The notes under the pieces: generated by a model
Database searches by the model: none
Told to the model about the DNA's origin: nothing
Seen by the model: only the letters and a program-made list of their open reading frames with translations
Origin: Entomortierella parvispora E1425
Taxonomy: Eukaryota > Fungi > Mortierellomycota
DNA: 64,000 bases
NCBI GenBank assembly: GCA_020891255.1
Contig: BQFW01000010.1
Span: 620,001 to 684,000 of the forward strand
Direction of reading: 5' to 3'
Shown here: positions 32,600 to 44,871 of the stretch, piece after piece
Layout: the number at the start of each line of letters is the position of its first letter
How positions within the stretch are numbered: the stretch's first letter is position 1
Translations under genes and position numbers: made by a program

Positions 32600-33120
32600 T
32601 TCCCTTAACTATTCGCTCAATCATGAGGATCGCACCCCTGATGGCTGAAGTTTTACCGGAGGATATATATCCCTCGGGGAAACATGCCGGGATCGCGAGA
32701 TGGACACGATCCAAGTATACGGATCATCGAAAACCCCTACTACTCGATGTATCGAGGACTAATGATTATCCTGGTGGCAATTGCCGAGTACAATCCGCAT
32801 GCTGAACCCTCAACTCGATAACAATCATGTTTTTGGTTTGTCTTCAAGAGGGAAAGCCTGACTGGTTCGGGGTGGCCTGAATCCTGTTGCAAGCCTACTC
32901 CACTCGACATCACCTTGGCTTGGCACCATCACCTCGTACAGCCCCGCAATAGATCAGACAGCTTTCTTGGTGCGGAAACTCTACTCCACCATCCTCATTC
33001 GCCCTCAGTCTCTGTGAACTCAGTTGTAAAGCAAGGTTGGCTGGCCAAAGGACTCCTCGTTCGTCGTTGAGAAATCAGGTGGCGAGCGCCTAAACAACGG
33101 ATGAATATGGACGAAGGATC
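32600..33120 (+). pseudogene. Possible heavily decayed fourth F-box/XPA-like paralog
   Basis: Scattered fragments in the expected order: EPSTR* (cf. EPINTRW), PE/PV (cf. PEPIP), TSYSPAIDQTAFL (cf. VYGLAGHQIGFL), RKLYS (cf. VKLYS), EIRWRAPKQ..EG (cf. EYRHRYLKQPEG). It sits in the mirror position next to the PPIL4 copy. Confidence 0.35.
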
Positions 33121-34204
33121 AATCCCCATGGTCTTGACCCGATATTATCATATCATCATGCGGCATATTGATGTGCGCCTAGACCTTTCAACCATGCGGT
33201 TCGTTTATTAATCATACGCAAAAGGTGCCCCAGCGGTAGCTGGTCCCCTTGAGATCAAGATCGTAGTGTCTATCTCTATCATGATCCTGATCGCCTGCTT
33301 CTGACCGTCTCCGTGGGGACGCGGGATGGATCCCCCAACTGCGATGACTTCTGCTCATGGCGTCTTCCCGAATCCCGATCCCTGTCTCCGTAGTTATCTC
33401 TACTATCCCGATCTCTATCATCTCGGCGAGATTCTTTCCGTGATGAACGCGAAGATTCCTTGAAAAAATAGTCGTATCCAGATCCTTGCTTCCATCCCAA
33501 CGAGTTGTCATCCCTGTACCTGCACCTTTGTTGGAGGTTCAGGTCCGCAGCGACGCTGTCCTTCTTGGCGCCAATCTTCTTGACCATCCAGTCCTTGTGC
33601 AACTTGCTGACACTCTGTGAAAAGTCCACGTGGATTCTCCTTTCATCAATCAATACCTTGTTCATCTTGAAATAAGCCTCTGAGTACTCTTCCTCCTTCT
33701 CAGACTCAATAAATGCATAGCACAAAGAGTCGCTGGTCTTCTTGTCCCGAATAACTCTCAGCTCAGAATTAGTCCAAATCCCCGGAACGAGTCGCTGGGC
33801 TCTCTGGCGACTTGATCTCTGGAAAGCGCAAATCTCCGACCATCTCCAAAGTCAATGCATGAGCCTGCGCCTCCCAGCCTCCGGATGTTCTCATTTTCCT
33901 TGGGTGGCAAAAGCGATCCAATCTCCTCATCGTCCCCGATCCGAACAGCGTCCAGCATAGCCTGGGTTGGTAGAGGAGATTCGTCCGGCACCTGAAGACT
34001 TGTAAGCCCCATCGATACTTTCCAGAACGCCATTCCCTCTGCAACCTTTCCGAAAACTGTGTACCGTCCATCGAAATAATCCAAATGATCTGTCATGGTG
34101 ATGAAGAACTGGGATCCAGTGACACCCGTGTCGGATCCTGGTTCGTTCCTGTCTTTGCGCCAGCGATGGCCATGGAGAATGATCCCTTTTCGCGATGCTT
34201 TTAG
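33113..34204 (-). pseudogene. Inverted, 5'-truncated, frameshifted duplicate of PPIL4 plus its downstream intergenic DNA
   Basis: Clear DNA similarity to 21606-22890, e.g. [45 protein letters not shown], with several deletions and frameshifts. Confidence 0.92.
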
Positions 34205-34699
34205 CAACGTAGAAATATAATTAGGGCAAGAGAGGTCAAAAATCTTCGGAACCAGCGTCAACATATTCTTCCCCGTCTCTGACGACATCTCCTACAGTCA
34301 TTGAAACCCATGTTCATCAACGGCCAGACGGCACCCTTACACAAAGCAAAAATGCGCTAAGAATGGACAGTCAACGCCTCCAGGAGAGGTCAAGGGCCGA
34401 CGGATAAAGAGGACGCCCACCTTGTTGTCCAAGGACAACAAGACAACAAAAATGAAGAACAACTGCCCTCTCCTCAACACACATCCTTTGACGAGAATCC
34501 ATGGGTTGATACAAGGGTCGCCCTCACTGTATCATGCCATAAAAACGGGTCCGACGGTCTGATTGACAAACACGAACAAGTGATGTCAGCAGAAACAGTC
34601 ATATTGCACCCAAGAATCTCAAGCTCTGTCGTATCCACGTTCTCTAGAGATCAAAAGCAGGACGAGAGCTGGATACTAATGCAAGACAGGATGAGACAC

Positions 34700-35058
34700 C
34701 CCATGTGCTATCCGCATTAAGGAAATGCACGCGGCCCCGGGCGGATGAGGAGAGGGTCGATGCTGATAAGTTTGCAAAACTTCCAATGAGAGTGGGACAA
34801 ATGCCGTTTTTGGTGGTCGTGGACTGGAGCTCTTGTTCTTGCTCTTGACTAGGACCATGGGACGCTTAGAGCAAACATACTCAGGAACAGGACATTGGTA
34901 GACACCCAAGCACTTCCTGGGTTCGCGAGAGAAATGCCATCTGCAGACCTGAAGCGACTATAGACAACTGCTGCCCATCCCGCCGATCGAGTCAGACATA
35001 TGGTCTTGTTGTCTTCGAGTTGCCTCACATACGGTACTGGACCATTCGGAAATTCGTC
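34700..35058 (-). mobile_element. Relic GCM (WRKY-GCM1 fold)-like domain, probably transposon-derived
   Basis: DEFPNGPV...SAGWA..., frameshift, then RKCLGVYQCPVPEYVCSKRP...HRPSPHPP. This parallels the GCM motifs EWPDG..GWAMR..KSCLGVVVC..RP..HDHPRP. Confidence 0.5.
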
Positions 35059-35573
35059 TGTAGATACATGTAAATATTGAACAGTGAGAGGACTGTTGGT
35101 CGACGCGCTGATTATGTGGACAGTGGTATCATCACATCTGCGCTCATGGTTGAAATGCATACCGTGCTGCTTCAGCTTCACTTTCGGATTCGTCTATCCA
35201 TTCATGGTCAAGTAACTTAGGAGAGCGTCCAAGACTGGATTGTCTGGGCATTCCGCGAGTAGACCGCTGAGTTTTAGAAGGGTGAGCTGTCGGCAAAGAT
35301 AAAGCGCCGAGAGGTTGGTGACTGGGTGCTGGATTGTTTTAGACGAGAGTTGCATTGTACGATGATGGAGTGAATTTCACGAAGCATGGTGATCAATCGT
35401 CGCCAACGTGTGTTTGTGAGGCTGCCAACAGTTTTGACGCCTCAAAGGCATTTTAGGGATAGAGAGAGATAAATTAAGGGTGTATCACGAAAACGAGCTA
35501 CTGTACTGACCCAGGCATTCGACCAGCTGGAACGATCAAACTCTGCAACATCGACCATCACAGGATTTCAGGA

Positions 35574-36350
35574 ATGCAATCAACACCAGCAGCAACACGG
35601 ATGGCAACCGCGGTGGCGTCCAAGTGTTCGCGGATAAGCATCCGTGCATCTACAAGATCTGTCTTTGCAGTGAGATCACCACAGCCTGTGGTCTCCCTTG
35701 ATCAATCTCAATTACGACCATGGCGCGGCACGTGCCGCCATCACTCTACGTCCTCCTCTTCCGCTTCTTCTGCAGACTCAACACACAGTGGGAAAGCTCA
35801 GGGTCATATCAACACGGATGCTGAACTCGACTGTCCGGAGCTGCCCTCCACTCCGTCATGGTCTCTTCAGTCTATCATGGAGCACCGTGACTTAATCCCT
35901 CCTGCTTGCCCAACCGACGCCTCCACAGATCCCTCCAGGGACCCCATTACACCAGAGACCATCAACCAGTTGATCAAATTGGCACATTTGCGACAACCCT
36001 CAGACGAGAAGGTCTTGAAGCGGTTACAGAGAGACGTGATCCGGATGAGGAACTTTTTGGATTATATTCGGGACCATAACCTGGAAAGACCGCATGTCAC
36101 CAGTGGAGTCAAGGATGGCCAGGCTCAGGCCAAGATTGTTGGAAACCTGAGATCCTTGGTGGATGATGGCAAGGGTCTTCGGGTGAGGAGCACAGGTCCG
36201 GATGGCCATTCAAGTCCTGGATATAGCAGTGGCGTGGATGAAACAGACGAACAGGCAAAGCAGAAGAGGCGGGAAGTATTGTTGAGTAGAGCACCTAACG
36301 TCAAGGGCAACTTCTTTGTGGTTAAGAATGGAGACGATACCTCACCATAG
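35574..36350 (+). CDS. Mitochondrial glutamyl-tRNA(Gln) amidotransferase subunit C-like (GatC/GatF)
   Basis: Arg/Ser/Ala-rich presequence, then TPSWSL, ITPETINQLIKLAHL, LRVR and LLSRAPNVKGNFFVV. Confidence 0.75.
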   Translation: MQSTPAATRMATAVASKCSRISIRASTRSVFAVRSPQPVVSLDQSQLRPWRGTCRHHSTSSSSASSADSTHSGKAQGHINTDAELDCPELPSTPSWSLQSIMEHRDLIPPACPTDASTDPSRDPITPETINQLIKLAHLRQPSDEKVLKRLQRDVIRMRNFLDYIRDHNLERPHVTSGVKDGQAQAKIVGNLRSLVDDGKGLRVRSTGPDGHSSPGYSSGVDETDEQAKQKRREVLLSRAPNVKGNFFVVKNGDDTSP

Positions 36351-37611
36351 AGATGTGTACTAGAACAAAATAATAATTGCATAGATCTCTGCCCATTTGC
36401 TTGACCATTCGCCCTCTGTATGGAATGAAGGCTCTTAATCTTGCTGTATACGTGTTTGTTAGCTAGCAGACTAGACCCACTTTTACGACGATACCAGAGG
36501 ATACACGGCGACGCACTTCTGCATCTTAAAGACGGGATTTTTGAAATGGCATTTGATACACTGGGACCATTGTGGCATACCCGGTGATGGATCAGATTTC
36601 AACGCACCGGCAGCCTCTGGCTCTACGGTCATCAAGACAAACACGTACTTTCTTGCATCATTAAGTACTACCCACATGCAAGCATTGTGCCCCACCGACC
36701 ATGGTCCAAAAAGGTTTTCCAATTCAGTTCGCTCAAGTCGAACTTAGAACAGTCGGTCACCAATATATCAGCTGAGAGAGAAATACACACTGAAAGGTTG
36801 GTGTTTAGGGTCCTCCAAAAATGAGATCTGAGAATCAGCAGTCATCATCACACTCTAGGTCTGCGACTCTAAGCTTGACCTCCCGAAGATATCCGTGCCT
36901 TATGTCGTGTTCATTTGACACTTCCTGTAAATCACTTCGCAGACGTTCCAAGGACTGCTTAGAGAATCTCCACTTCGACATCCAAAATGGAACCATTCGA
37001 CAAGAAGGTATCACGCTTCTCGAACTCACGAGGGACTCACGGGAAGGACCTTGAAGGGTGGAGGTGGTGCAGCTGAACTCGGTTCAGGAAAATATTGATC
37101 GGGATTATGTCAGTCATTTGGGATGCCGCTAGATCGACACCTGGCCAGGCACAACTATGAACGATGGATTAAAAAGTCGCGTCCGTATTTGTGTATTTTG
37201 TAATATAGATTCCTTAGGGGACCAGGGACATGCCTGGGTCAAAGCTTGGCCATGTTGCAGATGTCAATGGCCTTGGTACGTTTGCATCGAGTCTATGAGA
37301 TGCGAGATGGATCTACTCATGTTCATCCAGAATATGAGCGTTTGGCGCAGGGCGGAATGGCGGAATCCACATTTTGTTCGAGAAGAGGACGGGCACCGTC
37401 TAATTGATGGGTGGAAACTGGTAGAGATACAACTGGCATCAATCCTCAAGAGCTGCTAAACCATTTGGTTGATCATATCATATTAATAAACACAGAATAA
37501 AAGAAAATATTCTTTTTATCACTAGATGAAGTGGTTGGAGGCCGTTCCTAGAACAGGTAGTAAACACGCAAGTATACGCCCCTGCTCTGCTCAGTCCTTA
37601 GTCAGTACTAT

Positions 37612-37644
<33 letters not shown>

Positions 37645-38405
37645 TGAAAAAGGTGACACAAAGGTCCAGACTTCATTGTTTCCATTTCGAGCCCACAAAC
37701 AACGTCAAAAAGAGAGCCTTGGAGAATTGGCTAGATTACGAATTCCTGCGCAATGGCATGGCAGAAAGAAAAGAGGTCATGGCGCTTCTTATTGTTTCGA
37801 AACAATAGCGGGCTCAAACCTCTCCAAGAGAACTTAGCTGTGGGGCAAAAATTGACGGGTGTTACAAGTACAGATGTGGCGACCCATCGACCATGTTCCC
37901 TCTTACCCTTTTATCTCCGGAGGAATAACAGGTTTGATGCTCCTTCTGGGCTGTCATCAGTCTCTGTGCGCAAAGAAACGAGACTTCACGTCGGCATCAA
38001 TCTTTGATTTTTTTTTTTTTTTTTTTTTACAACTCTTCCTAAGATCATCATAACTCTTTCGGGTGTCCAAACTCCATGGTTGATCAGCTCCAGAACGCAC
38101 AACGGAAACTAATGACAAAGTTATAATTCATGCAAAGATGGTTACACCACAAGTAATGAAAAATGAAGGTAGGTAAACAGTGAAAAGAAAAAAATTCAGA
38201 TGCCAATGGTTGTTCTCTTCATGCTAATGGCCAACAACAAAAAGCCAAGCAATTAGCCTGCGATAAAAAGCGGGAAGGGTTTCCTTTTTGGCATGTTCAT
38301 TGTCCTCCCTTCACCCTCTCCCCCTCCTCTCAATCATTGCTCCAAAGGGGTAATACCTCCATCTCTGGCCCATCTCAGAAGTATAACCACCGAGAATACA
38401 CAGCT

Positions 38406-41400
38406 ATGGCACCCAACCCTTCCATCATCATTGTGGGCGCCGGCATCGCTGGGCTCGTACTAGCCATCATCCTCGAGCGTGCAGGCATGCAGCGTTACAT
38501 CATTCTAGAACGCACACCTTCTCTCCGTCCCTTGGGTTCTCATATCGCCCTCTCTGCGATGATGCTTCGATGCTTTGAACAACTCGGTTTGCTTGAGGAA
38601 ATCATAGAAGTCGCGAAACCATCTGTGGGGAATGTCTTCTTTGATGAAGATATGAACTATATTGGAAACTTGACGAGTATTTTTGTAGGGGAACGGTAGG
38701 TCCACAACACTGACGCCTTCTATTACATTTTTTCTGCGTGCTGGATATTATTACCATGTTACTTACTGGGAGACGAGTCTCTTCCCCCCCCCCCCTTTTT
38801 TTTTTCTTGTCATGGCAGCTTTGGTTACTACAACATGATTTTGACGCGGCCAGATCTGTATGCGGTCTTGACGAGACATCTCCCCACAAACAAGATTATC
38901 TTTGGCAAGAAGGTTATGGCATTAACCCAGGACCTAAACCGGGCCACTGTCCAATGCTCCGACAGATCCTTATATCACGCTGATATTGTGATTGGTGCCG
39001 ATGGCACGTATTCTGGCATCCGCCAGGCCATGTATGCATCCATTGAGAAGAACTCGCCAGTTCGAGCCGTCCATGGTGTACTCAAAGAACAGCTCCGGGA
39101 TATCAAGAAGAGTGAGGGTGGTGAGGGCAAGACTTTTGGCGAGGGTCTCAAGCGAATGTTCAGAGCCAGCACTTCGAGCTCGAACCTGAATAGCGGTCCT
39201 CCTGTCACCTCAGCTGACGTCCAGTCCGTGAGCGCTCAGAATGGTGGCGGCATCAAGGTAGGAAAGGACAAGGTGATGCTGCCCAAGTCGGATATCTCTT
39301 CTTTGAGGTTCGATCATCCTGCCATTGTCGGTGTCACAGAACCACTCGATACCGATCAGTATCCCTTCCTTAAAGACAAGTGCACACAGGGTATCACGGT
39401 CCTTTTAAAGAATGGGGTTTCGCTTTGGTTGTTTGGCGTCTCCAGCAATCGAATCTCGTATGGTGTGGGCGGTCGCGCCCTCATTGAGCCCAAGGCCGCC
39501 AAAGAAAATTTCAAGACCTCTGCTTGGGGGACCAAGGACGTCGATGCGATCACAAGCCACGACTGGCTACGAAACATAAAGCTGCCTTTCGGTGGAGTGT
39601 TTTCTGATCTTCTCGACAAGACGCCAAAGGACACCGTAGCACGCATCATGATGGAGGACAAGGTACAGTCTATGATGCCACCTCTTTTTGACTTTGTAGG
39701 GAGCAAGATGAGCCAGTTCCACATTGCAGTTTTCTAACAAACAAAAACCAAACCTTATCCCTTTATCTTTTTCAACAGTTTTTCAAAACCTGGTATCACA
39801 AACGAACCGTGATGGTTGGGGACGCAGTCCACAAGACGATCATCTACGCAGGCGTTGGTGCCGTCAATGCGATTATTGATTGCATCGTGCTCATGAACTG
39901 CATCTACGACATGCCAGACGGCGACAAGTTCACACACGAAGATATCACTAAGGCCTTTCAGTCCTATTACGCCATTCGAGCCAAGGCGGCCGCCTCCGCC
40001 GTCAAAGCTGCTCGTCAAACATCCGACTTCATGTGTTCCACCAGCGGTTTGAGCTACCATATCCGAAAACGGGCTATCCGAAGCATGCCCAACATGTTTT
40101 TACATATGACCGCCGATCGCATTTTTGCCAGTCGACCCATCCTCAGCTTCCTGCCATTTGTGCCCGACTACGGATCTCGAAAGTCCATCCCGCAGATCCT
40201 GGGTAGAAGGGACCGTGAGGAGCTCGAGACTCTGCGCCTTAGAGATAGGGCTGCGAAGGTGGAAGAAAAAAAACAAAAGTCCGACCAAAAAAAGGCCATG
40301 AAGGACCTACGACCACCAAGAGCATCCGCCGGGGTAACAAGGTCTGCCACGCTCGGCCGGGCAATAACGGTCACTCGCAGTCCACAGTCGGCGCCTCTTG
40401 TCTGCGATCGTGAACTCAAGGACACACAACCCTCAAGCCCAACCAGCGGCACAGGCGGAAGTGGGAACATCGGGATTCTAAAGAATGGAGCGGGTCGCAT
40501 TCTCAAAGCCGCTACTCTTGGTCGATCCTCAGTCTGGCCATCACTTTCTCGGTCTCAAAGCCAATATCGTCCTGCGGCTGCAGTCAGTATCCCTTCAAAG
40601 GCCATCACACGCGCAAACGCAGTGTTGCAGTCTCCTGAACAAAACCCAAGCCTGCCCGCCGCCCATGTTCAAGAAAGTCTCCCGCTCCATAATAACTTGG
40701 ACGAGACCATGGCCATCCATCTTCAGCTCTTGGGTGTTAGAGACGTTGGAGCGGTTACAAACATCGCCGTATCTTCTTTGTCTGCACCCATTCCCTCATT
40801 CACCGTCCCTCGATACCCCCATGCCAACCCAGAAGGTCAAGAAGTCATTGTTGAGAACGCAGTTCCGCTCCAATCCGCAGACACATTCAGTGTGTGGACA
40901 GCATCGACCAGCGCTTCTATGATGTCTGCCTTTTCGTTCTCGAGCCGTTATACGATGCCTTATGATGACCAGGAGTTGGAAGAGTACGCCAAGGCCTATG
41001 CCGGCCCCGCCTTTATCAAGAACTTGCAGATGTTGAAGGCGCCTTTTTCGGCCTCTTCGGCCTCCCTCGCCTCTCAAGTTGTGGCACCCTGTACGTGCGA
41101 TGAGGAAGATCTTCTGCAAGATGCTATTTCAGAGTGCTGCGAATGCTGCCGTCCTTCCGCATCTGCGGTTTTTGAGGGTACAGGGATTAGAGCTAAGGGT
41201 CGTCCGCACCATACTATGGAGTCTTCATCCATAGTAAACATTCTGAAAAGACACCCGCCGTATAGCCGCGAGAGTCATGATTCAAGTCAAGACGGTACTA
41301 CCTTGGACACAAGAATTACTCATTCAGTATCGAGTCCCAATTTGTCGGCCACCCATTTGGATGTGTGCGAAAGTCCTGGCACCGAGTCGTCCTCCACAGC

Positions 41401-41704
41401 TATCTGGCCAAACTGGCAGCAATACCAACTCCGATACCGCTCTTCCTCGAATGGGTATGCCCAGAGACGGCAAAAGAAAAAAGCTGATGAAATGACTCGA
41501 CCAGACTCGACCGTGATGGATACCGGCCTCTTTCCAAATGACGAGGTTCGCTCGAGAATAAAACCTTGCCAGCCTTACGAGTATTCACAAGATACAGACT
41601 CTTTTTCGGACGAAGATGATCCTGAGAACCCTCGACAGCTTTTGGATGGTGGCTATGGTGGTGGAGAATATGTCGATTTTAATGGCATTCCAGAGAACAA
41701 TTAG
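38406..41704 (+). CDS. FAD-dependent monooxygenase with an internal insert and a long disordered C-terminal extension, 3 exons
   Basis: IIIVGAGIAGL, VIGADGTYSGIR, MVGDAVHK..YAGVGAVNAIID. Introns at about 38697-38818 and 39662-39778. Confidence 0.88.
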
Positions 41705-41790
41705 GGCATATGGTTCATGATCTAAGTTATTCAAATAAACACTCGACCCTTTTTTTTTATTATTATTATCATTTGAGAGGATACAGAGAT

Positions 41791-44046
41791 CTAGCGACCA
41801 CCTCTTCCAAAGATCTTGCCCAGAGGTCCCAATTTGCCCCTCAGCAGCGTCTGTGGTCTCTGTCGTCTATGATCCCCCTCCTCTCTTTGTGCCGCCAATT
41901 GAGCAGCTTGCCAGGCCCGCTGTTCACTCAATTGGCTCTGCTGCTCCTCCAGCATTTCCTGCTGCTGACGGATCTGCAACTGCAACAGTTCCTGCTGATG
42001 CTGTTGAGCCATCTGCTGCTGCTCCATCTCTTGCTGGTATTGATCCTGAAGATGTTGACTCAACAACTGTTGCACAGGCTCCTCACCAGGAACAGCCGAG
42101 GCGTACTCTCGAAGTGCATTCTGGGAGATAGTGAATAAGATCGAGTCCCAGGGCTCGAGTGCATTGTCTTTGAAGATTTGTCGGACAGAGGACCTCAAGA
42201 GGAAATCATCATCCGAGGCTAGGTATTTGAAATGATAAGTGGCTGGCTCATCCCCAGTCGAATCAACAGAGGAGGATGAGGAGGATGTGGACGAGGAGAT
42301 GGAGAGTGAAGGGGACGCCGGAGTGTTCCCGTCCGGTTCTTCGCTCTCATTCGAGGGTAATCCAGAGGAAGTCGATTCGGGTAAAGTCGAAGGTGACGAC
42401 GAACCAGTTGAGAAGGGGAGTATACTAGGTGCGGCAACTGCGTTAGCCGCTGCTGTCCTTCGACAGACGGTACAGGCAGAGGTGCACGAGGCTTCAGAGC
42501 AGGACGAGGTACAGGAGCCAGGAGAGTCAACAGTGGAAGCACTTTGATCAGAGCTGACACTGGATACAGTGTTGGATCGACTCCGCATTCTTCCATTCAT
42601 CAACGTCTGGAATAGAGGGCTCTGTGCATGATGCTGGGGCTGCTGGGGCTGCTGGGGCTGAGGGTGGTTAGGAGGACTGCTGGAACTGAAGGCAGTAATA
42701 TCATTATCACTATCAGGTCTAATGGCCTGTCGTAGTCGCGATGGCCTGCACGGCTGAAATCCATGAGGGATCGAGGGTGACAGCGAACCTATAGAAGATG
42801 GAGAGGAAGGGGTGGATCCTCGCCGAACGCCTGGCACCGGTGATATTTGTGTAACGGTGGGGGGTGCTGGTGCGGCTTGAGGAGCCTGGCCAGCCTCCTC
42901 GTCTTTTTTATCCTGCATTTGAATGGAGAGGGCCATTGAAGCAGGGATAATGGACACGGGTGATTCCACGCTGCTGGAGCGCGAGAACAGGGAGCAGTCG
43001 CCGTCGAGTATAGGTGATGAACGGGCTGATGCAGACTGGCTGGCAGCAATCGCCTGAGCGGCCAGCTTGCTGCATCGACTCATACGAGAAGAATGTGAAG
43101 AGATGGAAGACGTCGAGCTTCGGACGGCTCGCAGAGGCTTGACAGCGTTGATATCTTTAGCCGTGATGCTGTAGTAGTGAACATCGCCGACGACAAGCAT
43201 GTTATTCAAAGGCTATTCAAAATGAATGAGAAATAAGTATCGATCAGAATAAGCGTTGAGCATATTCTAGATATGTGTTACACGTCGAGTAAGACATCTT
43301 ACATTGCGCGCTTTCATCCGATGCAAGAGACCCTCATCGGGCTGAGTCCGAAACAAGACCTTGTTGATCTGGTGTGCGCTGTAGTACGAATGATAGACCT
43401 TGGTATCCTCGCTTGGATCTTGAGTCGTGACTCTGGCAATGATGAAATCTTTGCCCTTGTTGGCATGCAGTCGCATCAAGTTCTCGAAACTATCAAGGGT
43501 GAAGGGATCCTCATCAAGAGCATCCAATTCATCCACCAAGGCTGTTGCATACGATGTGTCCTCGATAGCCAGTTGCTGTAGCATCTCATAGGTCCTGAGT
43601 TGCTTCTTGTAATCGGTTCTCAAATCGGTCAAATACGCCTGCATCTGCTGGGAATAGAATGGTGTGCCACCAAATCCAATTGCGTGGCCATGGATTTGAT
43701 AGTGCTCCAGATCAGTAGGGAAAACTGGCCGGGGCGGCAGTGCTGGAGGTGGGTGTCCAGTCAAGACCATGGCGCGTTTCACACTTGGTTTTTTTGTTGC
43801 AGCAGGTATGTCATCACTGTTTGAGGTCTTGGCGACTTCAGCTACATTGTCCTTTGTTTTGCTGGAACGAGAAACGTCGCGAGCGAGATCATTTGCTGGA
43901 GAGGTGGCGACTGGACTGTGATCCGAGAGTTGAACATCACCGCCTTCAGTATCATCGGGGGAGGCGTCCTTCTGAAGCCGAGGTGTGGGTCTCTCAGTGT
44001 TGATCTGGCTACTACCGATGCTTGTCTCACAGAACTGAGCAGGCAT
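41791..44046 (-). CDS. DUF5092-like protein with low-complexity Ser/Gln-rich tail; intron 43302-43213
   Basis: DPFTLDSF...DFIIARVTT...HSYYSAHQINKVLFR..GLLHRMKARN|PLNNMLVVGDVHYY matches the recalled DUF5092 pattern. Confidence 0.75.
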
Positions 44047-44871
44047 CGCAGAAGATGCTCACTTGCCGAGACTTGGGAAGAGAAAGAAAAGAAAATTTGA
44101 GGTTTCTGTTGGCCGAGTTGAGGTGTGAATGTGGATATCAGCAACGGATACGGGTGACAAGAGGGGGACGAAGGAAAGGAAGTGAAGATAAGGGACAAGA
44201 AATGCTGCTTGAGACGTTGCTGTGTAAAGGTCGATGGTAGAAACCTAGGCCGAGAGAGAATAGACAAGAAAACGGGTGTGTGTGAGTGCTCTGTTCCAGA
44301 TTCCGACGCGTCCTGCCGTTGGGATCTTCGTGTTTTGTCCTCCCCTGCATCTGCAGAGCAGAGGGGTGTGATCTCGGTTCAGACTAAAACGCTGTCGCTT
44401 TCCAGAAAGATGCAGCCTGCCATTCATTGCTTGGGGTCGAGTGTCGTCGACAAGAATAGCGCCTGCGAGTGGAACCTGCCGTCGCGTAAGCAGACAGACT
44501 TCAAAAAAAAAAAGCGCCTGTCCAGCCAATCACAGACACGCGCCTGCCCGAAGGGATCCCTACACCTCGGCACACCCTCGCGCAAACAGCGTCTGCTCCT
44601 CCTCTTCTTTTCTCCTTCTTCTTCCTGCCTGCCCTCATCTCGTTCTCGTACATCCATACTCGCTGTCTGTCTTTTCCATTCAATCGTCACCGCTCTTCTT
44701 TTCATTTATTTCATTTTCATTGCATTTCATTGCATCTCTTGTGCATCCATTCCCCCTTCTGCTCCATTCCACAGCACTGTCCTCACTGAGCCCAACCTCG
44801 ACAAACAAAGCCCGTTTTACGGCAATTAACTCTCCACAACTAAAAAAGTAGAATATCCTACCAATCCAGCC

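Noticed and set aside
35200-35480. Possible TE-derived fragment (KIKRREVGDWV..)
   Set aside because: Too short and degenerate to assign.
36480-37500. Short ORFs that might be an F-box/LRR relic
   Set aside because: Only vague leucine patterning; no diagnostic motif.
44100-44870. Overlapping 90-215-aa ORFs in the DUF5092-LARP1 divergent interval
   Set aside because: Low-complexity CT/GA-rich promoter and UTR sequence with non-protein-like composition.
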